From Microthyrium microscopicum (lineage: Eukaryota): a DNA stretch of 64,000 nt. This document shows, piece after piece, positions 44,871 to 59,425 of the stretch. Under the pieces are notes generated by a model, which saw only the letters and a program-made list of their open reading frames with translations, did no database searches and was not told where the DNA came from. The stretch spans positions 2,065,481 through 2,129,480 of the forward strand of contig MU004232.1 in NCBI GenBank assembly GCA_010405405.1, read 5' to 3'. The position numbers were made by a program, and so were the translations under genes. Each line of letters starts with the position of its first letter. Within the stretch, counting starts at the first letter, position 1.

Positions 44871-47800
44871 CTACCTACGCCGAAACAAACGAGCAACTGG
44901 TAGACAAGAGAACAGCTTGCGAATTCCAGCACTGTTGCTTGCACGGGTATTATCCTCCTCCCCGATGTTGTGATTTTTGACGATTGTCAAGAAGATCTCG
45001 TCAAACGCTGATGGAGAGACTGAATAGAACTCTACACCGAGCATATCCTTGCTTTCTTCCAAGATCGAAAACAGCGAGGCCACTGATCGCTGCTCTTCTG
45101 GTGATATATCCTCAGAAGATGTGTTCGACTTTAATGGGACCAGGAATCTCATTTGTCCATGGTAAGGAAAGCCTTCTAGTTTCGATCCCGGGATTTTCTC
45201 TTCGATCCAGTGCTGGAGCTTCTCCATTTCTTCAACACTGGTGTTTGGCGCTGTCTTTTGCACCAGATGCAAGTGAAAGCCAGAGCCGTGCTTCTTTCGC
45301 AAATGATCTGTAGTGCCAATATCTAAAAGCCTTCCAGCGATAATAGCGACCCGAGTTGCAAGAGCATCTGCCTCTTCCATGCTATGAGTCGTCAAAAGAA
45401 TGGATCTGCCGGACTTGAAAGCCGAAAGGGTCTTCCACATGTTTCCTAGGGACAGTTAGAGATATCGTCACAGACATGGTGACAGGCAGCGTCAACAAGA
45501 GAACTTACGTTTTGCCAGCGGGTCCATTCCAGAAGATGGCTCATCTAATAATACAACCTCAGGATTACCGATTAGTGCCATGGCTAGACTCAACTTTCGC
45601 TTATTACCGCCGCTTAGCTTTTCAGCCATTCGATCAGCAAAGGGTTGAAGTCCAACGGATCTAATCATTTGTTCCACGATGGCATCTACACCATGACAGC
45701 CACGTATCTTGGCATAAAATGCAAGGTGCTCTCGCACAGTGAGTTTGTCTGGGTACAAGTTAGTTTCAGCCCACGAACAGAGAGCAAAGCTTCGCTGGTA
45801 AAGCTTCAAAATACAAAATATGATATTTCGATAACATTACCAGCACAAAATTAGAAGGAAGTCTACGAACCCATAGCATCAAACTGTGGACACACGCCAA
45901 GATGAAATCGAGCCAAATATTTGTCCTTGAGAACTGACACGTCCTGGACGAACAAATCGCCCTTTGAGCCAGTTGGCTTGGTTTCGCCACGAAGCATGGA
46001 TATGGTTGATGACTTTCCAGCCCCATTGGGTCCAACGAGAGCGAAAACCTCACCGCGCTGAACACCAAAACTGAGATCATCGACCGCATGCACAGCTGGA
46101 GTGCCAATGCTCTTGTATATTTTGTCGATATGTTGAACTTTGAGGCCATCAGTCGACGTCTCTACTCGCTTTTCTTCGGCAAGAACTTCAGGCTCGACGG
46201 TCCGAATATGTTCAGGGTCTCGACTAGGGAGGGAGCGTGATTTCCCGAGACCACGAAGAGAATAGCCATGATCAGACCATATTATGAAAGCAAACATAAT
46301 CAGGGACTGTATTATCAGAAAGAAAATGGGAGCTCCATAGAGTTCCCAGCTCCCAGGATTTGTGGCTTTTGCGGGTGGTTGTCCTTTGCAAAGGATCGAA
46401 AAGAGATTGAGGGCGACAAGCATGGCTTTGATGAGCTGAGTGATCGGTGATATTGATCCAATCACATAGTAAGCAATGTTCTGCGATCTCGCGACCGTTA
46501 CAGGACTAGCACGAGCTTCGAGTGTCAAATATGATGTTAAGTATATCAGAAGCATGACACTGACGAATGTTAGCGTTTTGTTGGTCAGGGGAGAATGTTT
46601 CGGATTACCATTGTCCACCCGCAGAGAAGGCGAAAGCAGCGAAGGAAGACTTAGAATATCGAGCGATGATATAGGAGAGTAGCACGGCTGCAAGTCCATA
46701 TAAGACCAGTACGAGGAAGAAGTATCCAATTCCGTACCTAGTGATGTGTTAGTAATTGCTTTCGGTTACTTGTTGCGATCATACCATGTTGAACCGGTCG
46801 CTGCAGCATAGATAACAGTCACAAAGACTGCGGATATTATGGTAACAATCCAATCAAATAAAGTGTAAGCCGCCCATAGAGGGAGTGGGCGAACTCCGTT
46901 GGAAAATTCCATTGCTTTGACTCCTCGAAGTCTCTCCTGGCAGACATATAGGGTGAAGAAAGCTGGAACAGAGCCCATTATAAGACCAAAATAGAAAGTG
47001 AACTGAAGGGTATCGGTGGTTCCGTCTGGAAATGCAATATCGAAAGTCGTGTACTGAGCTGCAATGCTTGTTCCAACAAGAACGGAGTTCAATATACTTT
47101 GCAGCAACACTCCACTGAATATCGCCAAGGAACCAATGTTCGATCTGATGTTGAATGTCGGTGGAGTGGAAGAATCCCCGAGATAGACTCCACCAGGATT
47201 GATGGAGGTGTAATTGGACTTGGTCCAGTCGTTGAACTCGCTGAACGAGTTGACAGAATGAACAAAGTTTATGACACTAGTAGTTGTTCCGCCACCTTGT
47301 CCAAAAGTTCCAGATGGAAGGATACGAGTGATGAGTCCAATGTTCTTTGCGTTCAGCGCGTTTGACGGTCCTATAAGAAGCTGTGGCGTGTTTTTAGAGC
47401 TCAAAGTTGTCGTATCTTGAGTACTAAATTGAGAGCCAAGGTCGCAACCAGGATTTCTGATCCCTTTTATTAGAATAGACAATAAGCCAGCTGCTACAAT
47501 AGGAATCAGTAGAGCCTGGAGTAGTGGGGCTGGATTCCTTTGAAACACTGTCCATCTCTTTACGAAGAGGATTTGAGCCTGTTTGAAAACTCCAACTGCC
47601 TTGCGGGACTTAGTCTCTCCAGTGACATCCTTGGCTGAAGCTGTGTAGCCTTCTTTATTGTCAGAGAGGTCAGAAGTCGGTCGAGGGGAAGCAGCGGGAC
47701 GCAGTACATGTGCCCCATCCTCTTCATATGCGGCATCTTCGTCCGCAGCCAAGTCCATAAACACATCCTCGATTGTCGGTCCGGAAATTTGGTAATTTGT

Positions 47801-50566
47801 TGTCCCTTCGGCTTCAAGTTCCCTCACTCGAGCAAGAGCTAAGCCAGCCGTAGAGAAATTTTCGGAATGCTCAAACTGCTCAGGCTGGCCATGACCAGTC
47901 TTCTCAGATCTTATGACTTGCACCCTGTACCCGTTATTGAGCTTACTCTTGAGTTCAGAAACCGAGCCTTGGGATTTGATTTCGCCTTTGTGCATGATGA
48001 CCTGGATTCCTTAGCAAATATGATCCATAACGTTTGGTACGGGTCTGCTTTCAGATAGGGGTATCTTACCATTTGATCAGCAAGGAACTCGGCCTCATCC
48101 AGGAAATGGGTGGTCTGAAATCTGTTAGTATCACATTACGATCGGATTTAACACGCCTGAAATGACAATTGGTCTTTTCGTGGTGAGTGTGAGAAAGCGA
48201 AAAACACCAATCGCAGTCGGTAGGCTCCATAGCACTCGATCAGCAACGCATTCGTTGGTGGCCATCGAGTGCGATGGGAGATATTATGTTTTCCGAATTC
48301 ATTGGTCGTCGTCAGAAAGCGTGATATAGCTCGGGGAAATCTTACCAGCAGAACTGTACGAGATCCTCTCTCAGCCAGCAGAACATCCCAGATCTTTCGA
48401 CGACTCAAAGGGTCCAGGCCGCCTGAAGCTTCGTCGACCTGAACATATTAGTTTGTCTATCGAGTAGAACGGAAAATGGGCAATATCTTACACAGCATAC
48501 ATTACTGCCGCCTGTCAGCATCATGAGCAGCTGAAGCTTTCTTTTCTGACCACCGGACAAACTCTTTGAAGGCATCTTCTTCTTCTCAACCAGTCCACAA
48601 GATTGATACAACTGATCCAGATCTGCCCCAACCTGGGTCTTATGGGCCGCCTTCAATCTGTTAAAGATCTTCGCATGTGCTTGAACTGACAAGGCGGAGA
48701 AAAGAACGTTCTTCTGGGGACATATTCCAATGCCTCCAGAGCCGTTGACGTGAATAGTGCCGCTCGTTGTGCTGCCTAATCCAACAATTGCATTCAGTAT
48801 TGTGGATTTGCCACACCCGTTTGCTCCCACAAGCACCATCACCTGTCCTTTCAATGCAGACAGAGAAATGTTCTTGACTGCATGAACAGATTTCGTACTT
48901 TTTCCAAACAATCCTAGAATTTTGTTCCACAGCCAGGAGTGTTGATAGGTCTTCGAGACATTCTCCACGCGCACTGGGATGTCATCGTCTTGTGTGGAAG
49001 TACTTCGATCCGTTCTCGATGCTGCAGTCCCATATAGCCATCTTTCTACTAGCGCTGCTAGTAGAGGATATACGAAGATTTGGATAACGAAGAAAATCCA
49101 GAAAGCAAGCACTGGGACACTCCACGGGCTTGTAGGGGCGGCTTTGATCATGCTTATTGATTGTTGTTCGTGCTCGTAGCGTGCTTGTATGATGAGCATA
49201 TTGACGAAAGCCATGGGCGCAAAAAGTAGTCCAGTGATGGCTACACCCACGGTGGACATGTTTTTGGATGTGACTTGAGCCACAACAGCCAACACGACAA
49301 AAATCCCCACAATAGAAACACTAGACAACTGAGCCCTTTTGAAGAACGCGGCTCCTAAAAGGCTGAAGGAAACAAAGGCCAGTCCAGCCAGAATAATACC
49401 AATGACTGGTATCGCTCCAGAACTGGCTTTATAATAGCCTGCCTTGAGAAAAATGCCGACAAAGATCCATGATGGCAGGTACACAATGTCAAAGGCAAGG
49501 TGATGAGCGAGTAGCCGGATTGCTTGAGGCTCCCATCTTCGAGTGTTTGGCATCATGGATTCGATGAGATCAGACATCTCGGTTTCGCGTTCTTTAGCCA
49601 TGAGAGTAACAAGCTGAAAAGTAACTCCTATCATAGCCACGACCCACACAACAGAAGCAAAGTTTATGTTAGCCTGTAAAAGGGTGATTCGCATGCTATC
49701 CTTCCACTGATCTTCGGTCTTAGATGTGAACAGAAAATCGTCAATACGCGATGGCAGCGCAGAAGTCCCATTTCCAGAGTCAAGGTAAGATATCGCAGAG
49801 TCGATTGCATGTTGTAGCGGCATTGTGTAAAGCTGAGCATCATTCGTATTCTTGGTGACGTCCAGGTTGTTCAGACCAAGTGATGCATCTCCTCGAAGTG
49901 TGTAATTCCAGATACCTCCAGTGCCTTCCGATGGGCTTGATTGAAATACTGCGGCGCCAAAGCAGTTTGTTGCTCCGCTCAGAGATGGACGACATAGTGA
50001 ATGTAAATCTTCCGCGTTGTTTGTGATTATCAGTTGTTTTCCCGCAGCTTGAATTGGCTCGGCCACAGTCTTTATGACTTGATCAATATCACCACCTGAA
50101 GACGACGCATTGTTCACCAAAATCAATAGGCCTGGATGCGCGGCGTTCATGCCATCCAAAAGGCTGCGAATAGGTACTGGGGAACCAATACCGTAAACTG
50201 CGCCTGGCCTGATACAAGGTTAGTCTTAACAGCTTTGTACATTCGAACGGCTGATTATGTTTACCAGTAGATTTTGAATATTACCGTCAGATAGAGGGCG
50301 ATAATAATGGGAATCCAGAATGCTCTGACGATCTATAACTAATTAGTGATGTTCTTAATGCGCTCGCTTGGAAACATCGCAGTCGCTGGGAGACATCATA
50401 TTCTCTGGGAAACTTCGCGGTCGTTGGGTAATATTGTGCAGGTAGAATCGCGCACGCACAAACTAAGGTTGGAAGAACTGACCGTGAAGAAACTGGATTT
50501 CTTAGTGAAAAGCAACCGAAGGTCCTTCTCGATAAGAGCGCCGAGCTGTCGCAATTGAAGTTCCAT
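44871..50566 (-). CDS. Full-size ABCA-family ABC transporter, multi-exon
   Basis: Start [15 protein letters not shown] at 50566. NBD1: [40 protein letters not shown]2: [41 protein letters not shown]. Two TM domains. Confidence 0.95.
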
Positions 50567-50894
50567 GGCTGTGACAATGGTAGTGAGCTGGAGGTTGCTA
50601 AGGTGCGTTCACCCAGCACTGCATCACAGAGACTAGAGTAATGGGAATCAAAAGGCACGACAAGAAGCCATTGTAACCAGATCAAAGACTGAGGCCACTG
50701 GAGGCAAAAGTGATGCCTACGATGCCAATGTAAGAGGCGCGGCTTCCTCGCTCGTATTTCGTAAAGAGAAAGCGAAGCAGAAGACGTGCAGGGGTGGCGG
50801 GCAACGAGCACAATCGAACAAGTAGACACGATTGTAGCGTTTGTATCGAAAGAAAAGACTTGTTAACGGAAGAGCGAATCATCGGGAATAATTA

Positions 50895-50923
50895 CCGTAA
50901 AAAGCTGACAAGATGTCAACAAG
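50895..50923 (+). repeat. Left terminal inverted repeat
   Basis: CCGTAAAAAGCTGACAAGATGTCAACAAG, preceded by TA at 50893-50894. Confidence 0.92.
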
Positions 50924-51631
50924 GTAGCCAATCGTTTCAGCCAAAATAGCAGGTTGAGTAGAAGGGCGTGCCAGGGGGCGTTAAAAATATAGCGCTAGTA
51001 ATTTAGGTAGTATCCATTTTTAATGCCCCAATATTAGCACTAAGCAAGCTATTATGACTATTTTTAACCTATTTAAAGATAAACTAGACTACTTTAAGTA
51101 GAATATTATTATTTTTATATTTGTTATAATTAGGCTAAAGCCTTAGATAGAATATTATACATAGTTTTTATAGCTAAATTCTAACTTCTTCTTATATCTA
51201 ATCTAAATCTTTAAATATCTATTATCTTAACTTGTATCTAATTAAAAAGTACTAAATTTAACCTCTATAACTATGCTAAAGGCACTAAAAGAAGTACGCT
51301 AATTACAATAAGTACTATTTATAGAACTAGATCTAAATATTATAAGGATAAATTATCTTTAACTTTTAAGGACAAAACTATATATAAAAAAGAGTAAGGG
51401 TTTTAACCTATAAAAGATCCTAACTATTAAGCTAAAATTGTAATCTTTTAATACTACTTTAGTTTAACTTTAAATGAAAGTAATATCTTAGATATTACAA
51501 TAGAAATATATTCTTCTATAGGGTAAATAATAATATCTACTACTTCTTAGTATAAAGTAGAGTAAATATCTTAATACTTATTATTAGTATTATTCTAGAA
51601 TAGCTATTAAAGCTACATAATACTTTATAAT

Positions 51632-51860
51632 TATAAGGATCCAATAGGCACGTAATTAAGCAAAGAGTAGATAATATTTAACGATTTAGTATACAAAGGG
51701 AGAGAGAGAGGTAGAGTAGAATCTACGCTAAGGAAAGAAGAGGGTAATACTTAGAAGATCCTTAGGGACGCTAGTCCTAATCAAGACTAGTGCTACTAAA
51801 TCTTTATTTAAGATCTAGCTTAATACTAAAGCTATTATACTTTAGTAAGGAATCTTTATA
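51632..51860 (-). repeat. 3' LTR (229 bp)
   Basis: Colinear direct repeat of 59197-59425; ends reconstruct to TGTAAGGAT...ATCCTTACA. Confidence 0.92.
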
Positions 51861-54800
51861 TTACTCCCTCCTCTAAAACTAGTACTCTAAGCTACGTTTT
51901 AATCTATACTATTTTATTCTAAGCTAGGCTAGGCTAGTCTAGTCTAGTCTAGTCTAGTTTAATCTAATCTACTCTATATTTAACAAAATGCTATTTGCGC
52001 CCTTTTACTATTCTACTATCCTCTAGCCTACTAAAGTAACTATCTAAGTATTAATAAACCTAGATATCTTTAGAATACTCTAGTTTATAGTACTAATAAG
52101 GCGCTAATAGTAGCGTAATATAAATAAATAAACAAACACTTTTCTATTACTCTAACTAGTTATCTAGTAATTTATTACTATTATAGTTAGTAAAGTTAGA
52201 TATATTAGGTCTAATAATAAGTAGTAACTACTTAGGGTTAGGGCTAGGCTTCGTAAGATTACGTTTATAGAAGTTATAAATTAAGTTTGCTATATTCTTA
52301 AGGTCTTCCTATAGTTACTATAAAAGTATATTGTAACCTATCTATTTTATAAAGTATTCTAACTTCTTATAAATACCTTTTTTGTAGTAGCTATTAAGAA
52401 TTTTATTAACTTATTACTCTTCTTCTTTTAGTACTTTATTTACTACTACTAGTAGAAGGTTATATTAATATAGAAGCTCTATATTATCTATAACGATATA
52501 TAGTAGCTAAACGTAAAATATAGAGTATATCTTTATATACTTTAATAAGTTAAGTTTAAATATAATAGTGTTAAGTTTCTTTAGAATATAAAAAGGCTCT
52601 ACGCTTTTACTATTAAAGGTCTTAGACGTACGTATTATATAGTAGTTTTAAATATCTAGACATACCTAGTTTCTAGGCTAGAGATTTAGTACTATATATT
52701 AATACTTATTAGCTTATTTAGCTTATTATACTTATACCTATATTAGCTATTCTATAAGATAATTATATATATCTTTATAGCTTTCCTATATCTTATTAGC
52801 ATCTTTTTATTCTTATTAAGCTAAAGAGAAAGAGTATTAGTATAGTGCTAGTACTTAGTAAGATAACTTAAGTTTAGATTTAGGGAGAAAACTATATTAG
52901 ATCTTAAATAGAGTAAAGCCTATTATTATACTAATAGCAAAGTTAATAGCAAATTCTATAAATAGTAGTAGCTAGACCTAATTATCCTAATCCTAGTTAA
53001 TAAAAGCGTAAAGATATTACTTAAGTACTAATATTAAGATTTCTATAATTTCGTTAGTCTATAAATACTATATAGTACTTAGCTATAGCACTATACCTAC
53101 TTAATTATATAATTATTTTTAGAACGCTAAAGTAAACTATAACCCTCTATCTAATAAGATTATATTTAGCTATCTAGTTAGCTTCTAGACTTAATTAATA
53201 AACGTAAGAACTATTGTTTCTATAAAGAGATTAAGTAAAAGAATAAAGCGCTATTAGTAAGTATATTAATCTATAATAACTATAATATAATAAAAAGTAA
53301 TACCTAAATAGGTATACTAAGGTAAAGAGACTATAAAGTTAATTAAGATATCTAACTACGCTTACTCTAGTAAGGAGAATAATTAAAAAAGTTTTTACTT
53401 CTTCTAGTAGATAGGTTTAGTAAAGATATATTTATATCCTAAGATATACTTTTTTATATCTTATAATATATATAGCTACTAGTAATCTTACTAGAGCTAG
53501 TAATAAGTAGTTACTAAGCTTCTATAACTTATAACTTTATAATAATAAGTATATATTATAGTATAATAATAAAGCTTACCTTTAGATATTAGAATACGTT
53601 AGTAATAAAGGACTAAGCCTTTTGCTAAGATTATATAGTTACTAAGCTTAATATCTTATTATTTTAGGATACTAAAAAGAAGGTATAATAATCCTTCTTG
53701 CTTAGTATAATGAATAGTATTTAGTAACGTATTATCTTTGCCTACTTTTATTATTTCTATTAGAAACTAATTAACGTTAAAGTCTAAGGATTTATTAAAC
53801 TCTAAAAAGTTATTTTTAGGCGCGTTCTTAAGCTAGTCCTTATTACTAAGGTCTATCGTTATAAAGTCTTCTAACGACTCTCCTACTTTAGTAGAGAAAT
53901 CTAACTTATTTATAATAATAGTAGTAATCTATATAAGAGATAATATAATAGGTTTAACTAGTAAGCGTGCTATTTTAATTATATATACTATATTAAACTA
54001 ATAAGAGAAAAGTAAAGAGCGTACTTAGTACTAAATATATAGATTATTATTACTCTAAGGTAAGTTTTAAGAGCGCTAAGTTAGCGCGTTTACTTTCCTA
54101 TTAACTAGTCTAGGACAATATATAATCTTAAAGTAGAACTATAATAAAAACTTTACTTAGTATACTTAATAGCGTAAAAGCTTCTTAGTAATTATAAATG
54201 TCTATAGATTTTAATAATCTAAGAATACTTTAATAAGATTATTAATAGAGAATAGCTTTAGTTCCTATTCTTTAAAAGCGTATATAATTATAAAAAGTTC
54301 TTTATTATAGATGTTATAATTATATTCCGCTAGTAATATCTTTTTTAAAAGAAACGCTATAGGATATAGATCTTTATTATTATCTTTTTAAGATAATACT
54401 CTAGCGTATATCTAATTAAACGTATTAGTCTTAAGCTAGGTCTTCTTAGTATAATTAAAATGCTTTAAGATAGATACTATAGTAAACGCCTTCTTTAGTT
54501 TATTAAATGCCTAATCTTCTAGTCCTCTAATATCCTATAAGAATATAGTAACTACGTTTTTCTTTATTAGAGCTATAAAGAGTATAGCGATCTCTAAGTA
54601 TTCTTATATAAAATAGTAATAGAAGTTAGCAAAACTAAGGAAAGCTTAAACATCTTTAATATATAATAGTTGTTCCTATTCTAATACTAATTCTACCTTT
54701 GTAGGGTCTATTTTAATACCTTTTATAGTAATAATTAACCCTAAATATTTTACTTCTATAGTAGCAAATTCTAATTTATAAATATTAAGATATAAGCTAG

Positions 54801-57800
54801 CTTTCTCTAGCTTATTAAGTACTAAGTATATATAAGTTATATATTCCTTATATATCTTACTAAAAATAAGGATATTATCTATATAGACTATAGTAAAGTC
54901 GTTAAGATACTTTATAAAAATATAGTTAATATATACTTAAAAGGTACTAAGAGTGCTAGTTAATCTAAAAGATATAATAATAAACTTATAGAGACTATAT
55001 TATATAAAGAAGGCTATTTTATATTCATTCCTAGGTTTAATCTATATCTACTTGTAGGCTATAATAACGTTAAATTTGCTATAATACTATACTTAATATA
55101 GCTTTGCTAAAGTATTAGAGAGTAGTAGTAGTATATTCTTATTCTTATAAGAGATCTTATTAAGACCTTAATAATTAATATAAACTTAAATGCTTCTACC
55201 TAGTTTATATATATATAATATTAGTACTATAAAGTATAATTTAGAAAGGCATATAAAGCCTTTTCTTAATAGACCTTCTAGATACTATTTAATAATAATA
55301 TTCTATTTTAGGTTTATATTAGTACTATATTATTTTAGCATAGTAGTATCTAGTATAAGATTAATAGAATAATTAAAACCTAAGTAATAAAGTAGTAATT
55401 TATCTACTTTCTATAAGTTAAAGACTTTAAGATAGTAGTAGAATTCCTTTAGAATTATCTTATAAAGTTCTTTATAAGTAAGATAAAGATACTTATACTT
55501 TTTCTACTACTTCTTAAAATTATATTCTAAGATAGTAAATAGATTAATTACTACGTTATCTATAAAGAAGATTAAGTCTAATATTCTTAAGAAGTTAAAT
55601 AGCTTCTCCTCCTCTATTAAAGGATTCTTTAGTAGAGGGCTATTTAGTAGTTTCTTATCTTTAAGCTTAGTAAAGTCCTTAGAATAAAGAACTTCTACTA
55701 TTTAACCTTCGTGCTTTATAAGCATTATTATAACGTATATAGATACTACTACTACTTCTTTATTTTCTAGAAGTTTTATAACGAAGTTATATTATCTCTA
55801 AGTATTAACTTTAATAAAATAATATATTAGAATATAATTATAAAGGTAACGATAAGAGTTAAACATAATAGTCTTTTTACCTCCTCTTAGATATACCTTA
55901 TAAAGCTAGATCTAAGGGTTACTAAGAATAAGATTATAAGTAGCTACTTTTATTACAAAATAGTATATCTATTTAATATAACTTCTAATACGCATAGTAA
56001 CTAGTATAGCTTTATTAATTTTAATAATAGTTTTCTTATTTATAAGCTCTACTAAGCATAGTTATTTAAGTTATATTTTTAGTATATTATACTATTTAAT
56101 AAAGTAAATATAGATAATTCTAAGTATACTACTACTAGTATTAATTAATATGTTATACTTCTTAAAGGCGTTAGCTTCTAGAATTAATATACTCCTAACT
56201 ATTATTTATTATAGCCTTACGAAAAGTATATAGTTAATATTATTTAATAGTAGCTATCCTAGATTAATTACTACTAAGGATAATTAAATAATATAGTATA
56301 CTACTAGTAATAGGTTTAAATTTACTTACTAGGTTTCTAGCTCCTAAATCTTATCTTAAATCTAGCCTAATTCTTACTTCTTTTACTAATTATATACTTC
56401 TTATAAGTTTAGCTCCTCTTTGCGTTAGTAAGGTAGAGCGTTTAGTTTAAATACTTATATAAATACGTGCTAAGTATCTCTACTTAAGAAGCGTTTACTA
56501 TAGTAGTAAGCATTACTAAAACCTTTAGTTAAATTTTATTATTTATTAAGTAAGTCTTCTATCTATAGAGAGTATCCTTTTATCCTAAGGTATAACCTTT
56601 CTTACTATATTTAGGATACCTATTTTATACTTATAAGGCTAGAAAAACATTATTTAGGTAGCATAGATATTTACTACTATTCTAGCTATTATTATTATAG
56701 GTACCTCTATTCTAGTTCTCTAAATTATTAGTTAAGTTATTATTATTAGTACTACTACTATTAGAATTATTAGTATTAGAATTATTATTATTATTCTACT
56801 TTAAGAAGTTTAGGTCTTATTCTATATTATATAAATACGTATAGAGTTCTAGGTAGGTTTTAATATTACGTCTTATTAAGAAGCAAATAAACTATCCTAG
56901 AAGAAGTAAGCGTAGTTCTATAACTTTATTATAATTCTCTAGGTCTACGTCCTTAGTTTTCTCTAAAAAGTAGCCTAAGAATTCTATTAAGTCCTCTATA
57001 GTCTTTATTTTAGTATCTGCTAAGTAGAGCTACTACTTTATAATATTATATTTATTTATTATTTTATTATAAGCATCTAAGTCCTTTTATATATTATTAA
57101 TAGTAAGGTAGAAGCTTATAAAATTATAGCCTAAGTAATATAATATTAAAGACTATACTAGATTATTTAGATTATTATAGATAAACTAAATCTTTTCCTT
57201 ATTAATTAAGTAAAACTAAGTATCTTCTTTTAGAATATTTAATACCTAATCCTTCTATTAATAGTATTTACTCTTATCCTTACTATTATATTATTTAACT
57301 ATATAATAAGGTTAATTAATATATAGAGTAGCATTATTTAAAAAGTTAGACCCTACTCTTAAGAAAGATAATATAAAATGTATCTATACTAGGTTAGGTT
57401 AAGTAACTATAAGTTAATATAGTATATTACTAAGTAATTTAGCGTCTTCTTTATCTTCTAAGCGTATAAAAGCTAGTATATTATAAGGTTTTATAAAGGT
57501 TAAAAGATCTTATATCTACTACTTTATAGCATAAAGATGTTAAGTAAAAGATTTATTTTTAGTATTAAGGTTTATAATAGTAGTATTCTAAAGTTATATC
57601 TACTTATAATATTCTTAGAGTTATTTTATATAATATACTAACTCTACTTCTATAGAAGTAGTATAGTTTTTTACTACCTAAATATTATACTATAGTTAAT
57701 AATAATTAAAAGTAAGTTTATAGTAATTAATTATACTAATCTAAAGTCCTTTAACTTCTAAGAAAAGCTTATCTACTTCTACCTTATAGTTAACTATAGA

Positions 57801-59196
57801 GCCTTTTAGATTATCTACCTTATTTATAAGATCTTAGATTTTCTCTAAGGACTTAGCATTTTAAATATTACTCTTTTATAATTTATTATAATAAAATTAG
57901 TAGCGTACTACTATAGCTTAGTTTATAGCTAAGGTAGCATAAATCTAATTAAATAGAAGTTAAGGATCTTTCTATATAACTTCCTACTTTAGCTCTTAAG
58001 CATTATAAATTAGATAGTAATCTTTAAATACTCTAGTAGTAGGATTAAGTTCTTAATAATAGAATAGTAGTAATAAGTTTAAGGAACCTTCTAGTATAGC
58101 TACTTTTAGATCTTTATAAGCTTATATTTAGAAAGGGCCTTAGAAAACTTAAAAAGATACGATACGTACTATATTATTAACTACTAGGTAGTTATTTTAA
58201 AAAGCTAAAGGGACCTTCTTATAACTATTATTTTAGAGCTATATTTCCTATAACTAGACTAATATAGTAGAATAAATTCCTTTAAATATCTTTCCTTCTT
58301 TTACCTCTTATACGTTCTTATAGAAAGCTAAAGATATTACTAGAGTAATTAGTTCTATTAAGAATATAGTAAATACTATAATTTTAATTAGTTATAAAAG
58401 TTTACTACTAGGCGCGCACTAAATAGGTAATAAGATTAACTTCTAGTTTACTTAGCTATAAGTAGATAGATTAAAGAGTAAGAAGTTATTATCTTCATTA
58501 GAATTAGCGCATAATAGCTAGTACTTACTCTTTTCTTATTAAGAGGTCTAAATAGTAACTTATATAAAGTCTTACGTATTTACTACTACTTTCTTTATAA
58601 ATAAGCCTTTAAGATCTTAATCCTAATAGTAACTAACGACTAACATATAATAGCTCTAAGAAAGGCCTAGAACTATTTCGTCTTAGCGTTAAGGAGATAT
58701 AGACTACGATTAAGAGCAAGTAGTTATATTAAGGCTTAAAGACGCTAAGGGAGGAAACTCTTTAAAAGGGTCCATAGTTTTATTAATAGATAGTTACGTA
58801 AGGGTAATAATAAGTAATAACGATTAGATAATTTCTTAATCACTAAGGATAAATAAGTTAATAGATTAAGGGTAATTAGAATATAGGTTAGTAGTATAAA
58901 GAGAAGTAAAAGGGCAAAGGTTCTATAGTACACGTAGCTAAGTAGAGAGGTTCTAAGAGCTTAGACTACTATAAGATCTAGGTATTTACGTCAAACACCT
59001 TATTAAAGATAATTAATTAATATTTTAGAAGGTAGTAAAGATATGCTACTTAACTATATTAAGGAGTCTATAAGTAAGAATACGCGTAAGCTATCTCTTA
59101 AGTATAGGTCTTAAAATCTAAGAGCGCTAATCCCTAAAGATAAATATATAAATAATTTTAAAGTTAATTTTTAAGTTTAATAGGTACGCTAGATTA

Positions 59197-59425
59197 TATA
59201 AAGATCTAATAGGTATATAATTAAGTAAAGAATAGATAATATTTAACAATCTAGCATATAAAGGAAAAAAGAGAAGTAGAGTAGAATCTACGCTAAGGAA
59301 AGAAGAGGGTAATACTTAGAAGATCCTTAGAGACGCTAGTCTTAATTAGGACTAGCGCTACTAGATCTTTATTTAAGATCTAGCTTAATACTAAAGCTAT
59401 TATACTTTAGTAAGGAATCCTTACA
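59197..59425 (-). repeat. 5' LTR (229 bp)
   Basis: Direct repeat of 51632-51860; ends in ATCCTTACA followed by the TSD. Confidence 0.92.

Larger units (their letters stand above)
51632..59425 (-). mobile_element. Full-length Ty3/Gypsy chromovirus LTR retrotransposon, RIP-inactivated
   Basis: Two 229-bp LTRs; 5-bp TSD ATAAT (51627-51631 and 59426-59430); polypurine tract AGAGGAGGGAG next to the left LTR on the minus strand. RT relics EYKIAF..YSLYKF...FRLT and YLNDFTIVYIDNILIFSK (about 54860-55030). Chromodomain relic LEYFIK*IGY (about 52260-52370). Confidence 0.92.

Noticed and set aside
51922..51958. (CTAGG/CTAGT)n pentamer run
   Set aside because: Short simple repeat in the retroelement 3' untranslated region; no spacers, not CRISPR-like.
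55190..58933. Short Ile/Leu/Tyr-rich ORFs in the AT-rich block; possible mitochondrial insertion
   Set aside because: These are by-products of RIP within the retrotransposon; LTRs, TSD and RT relics explain the region.
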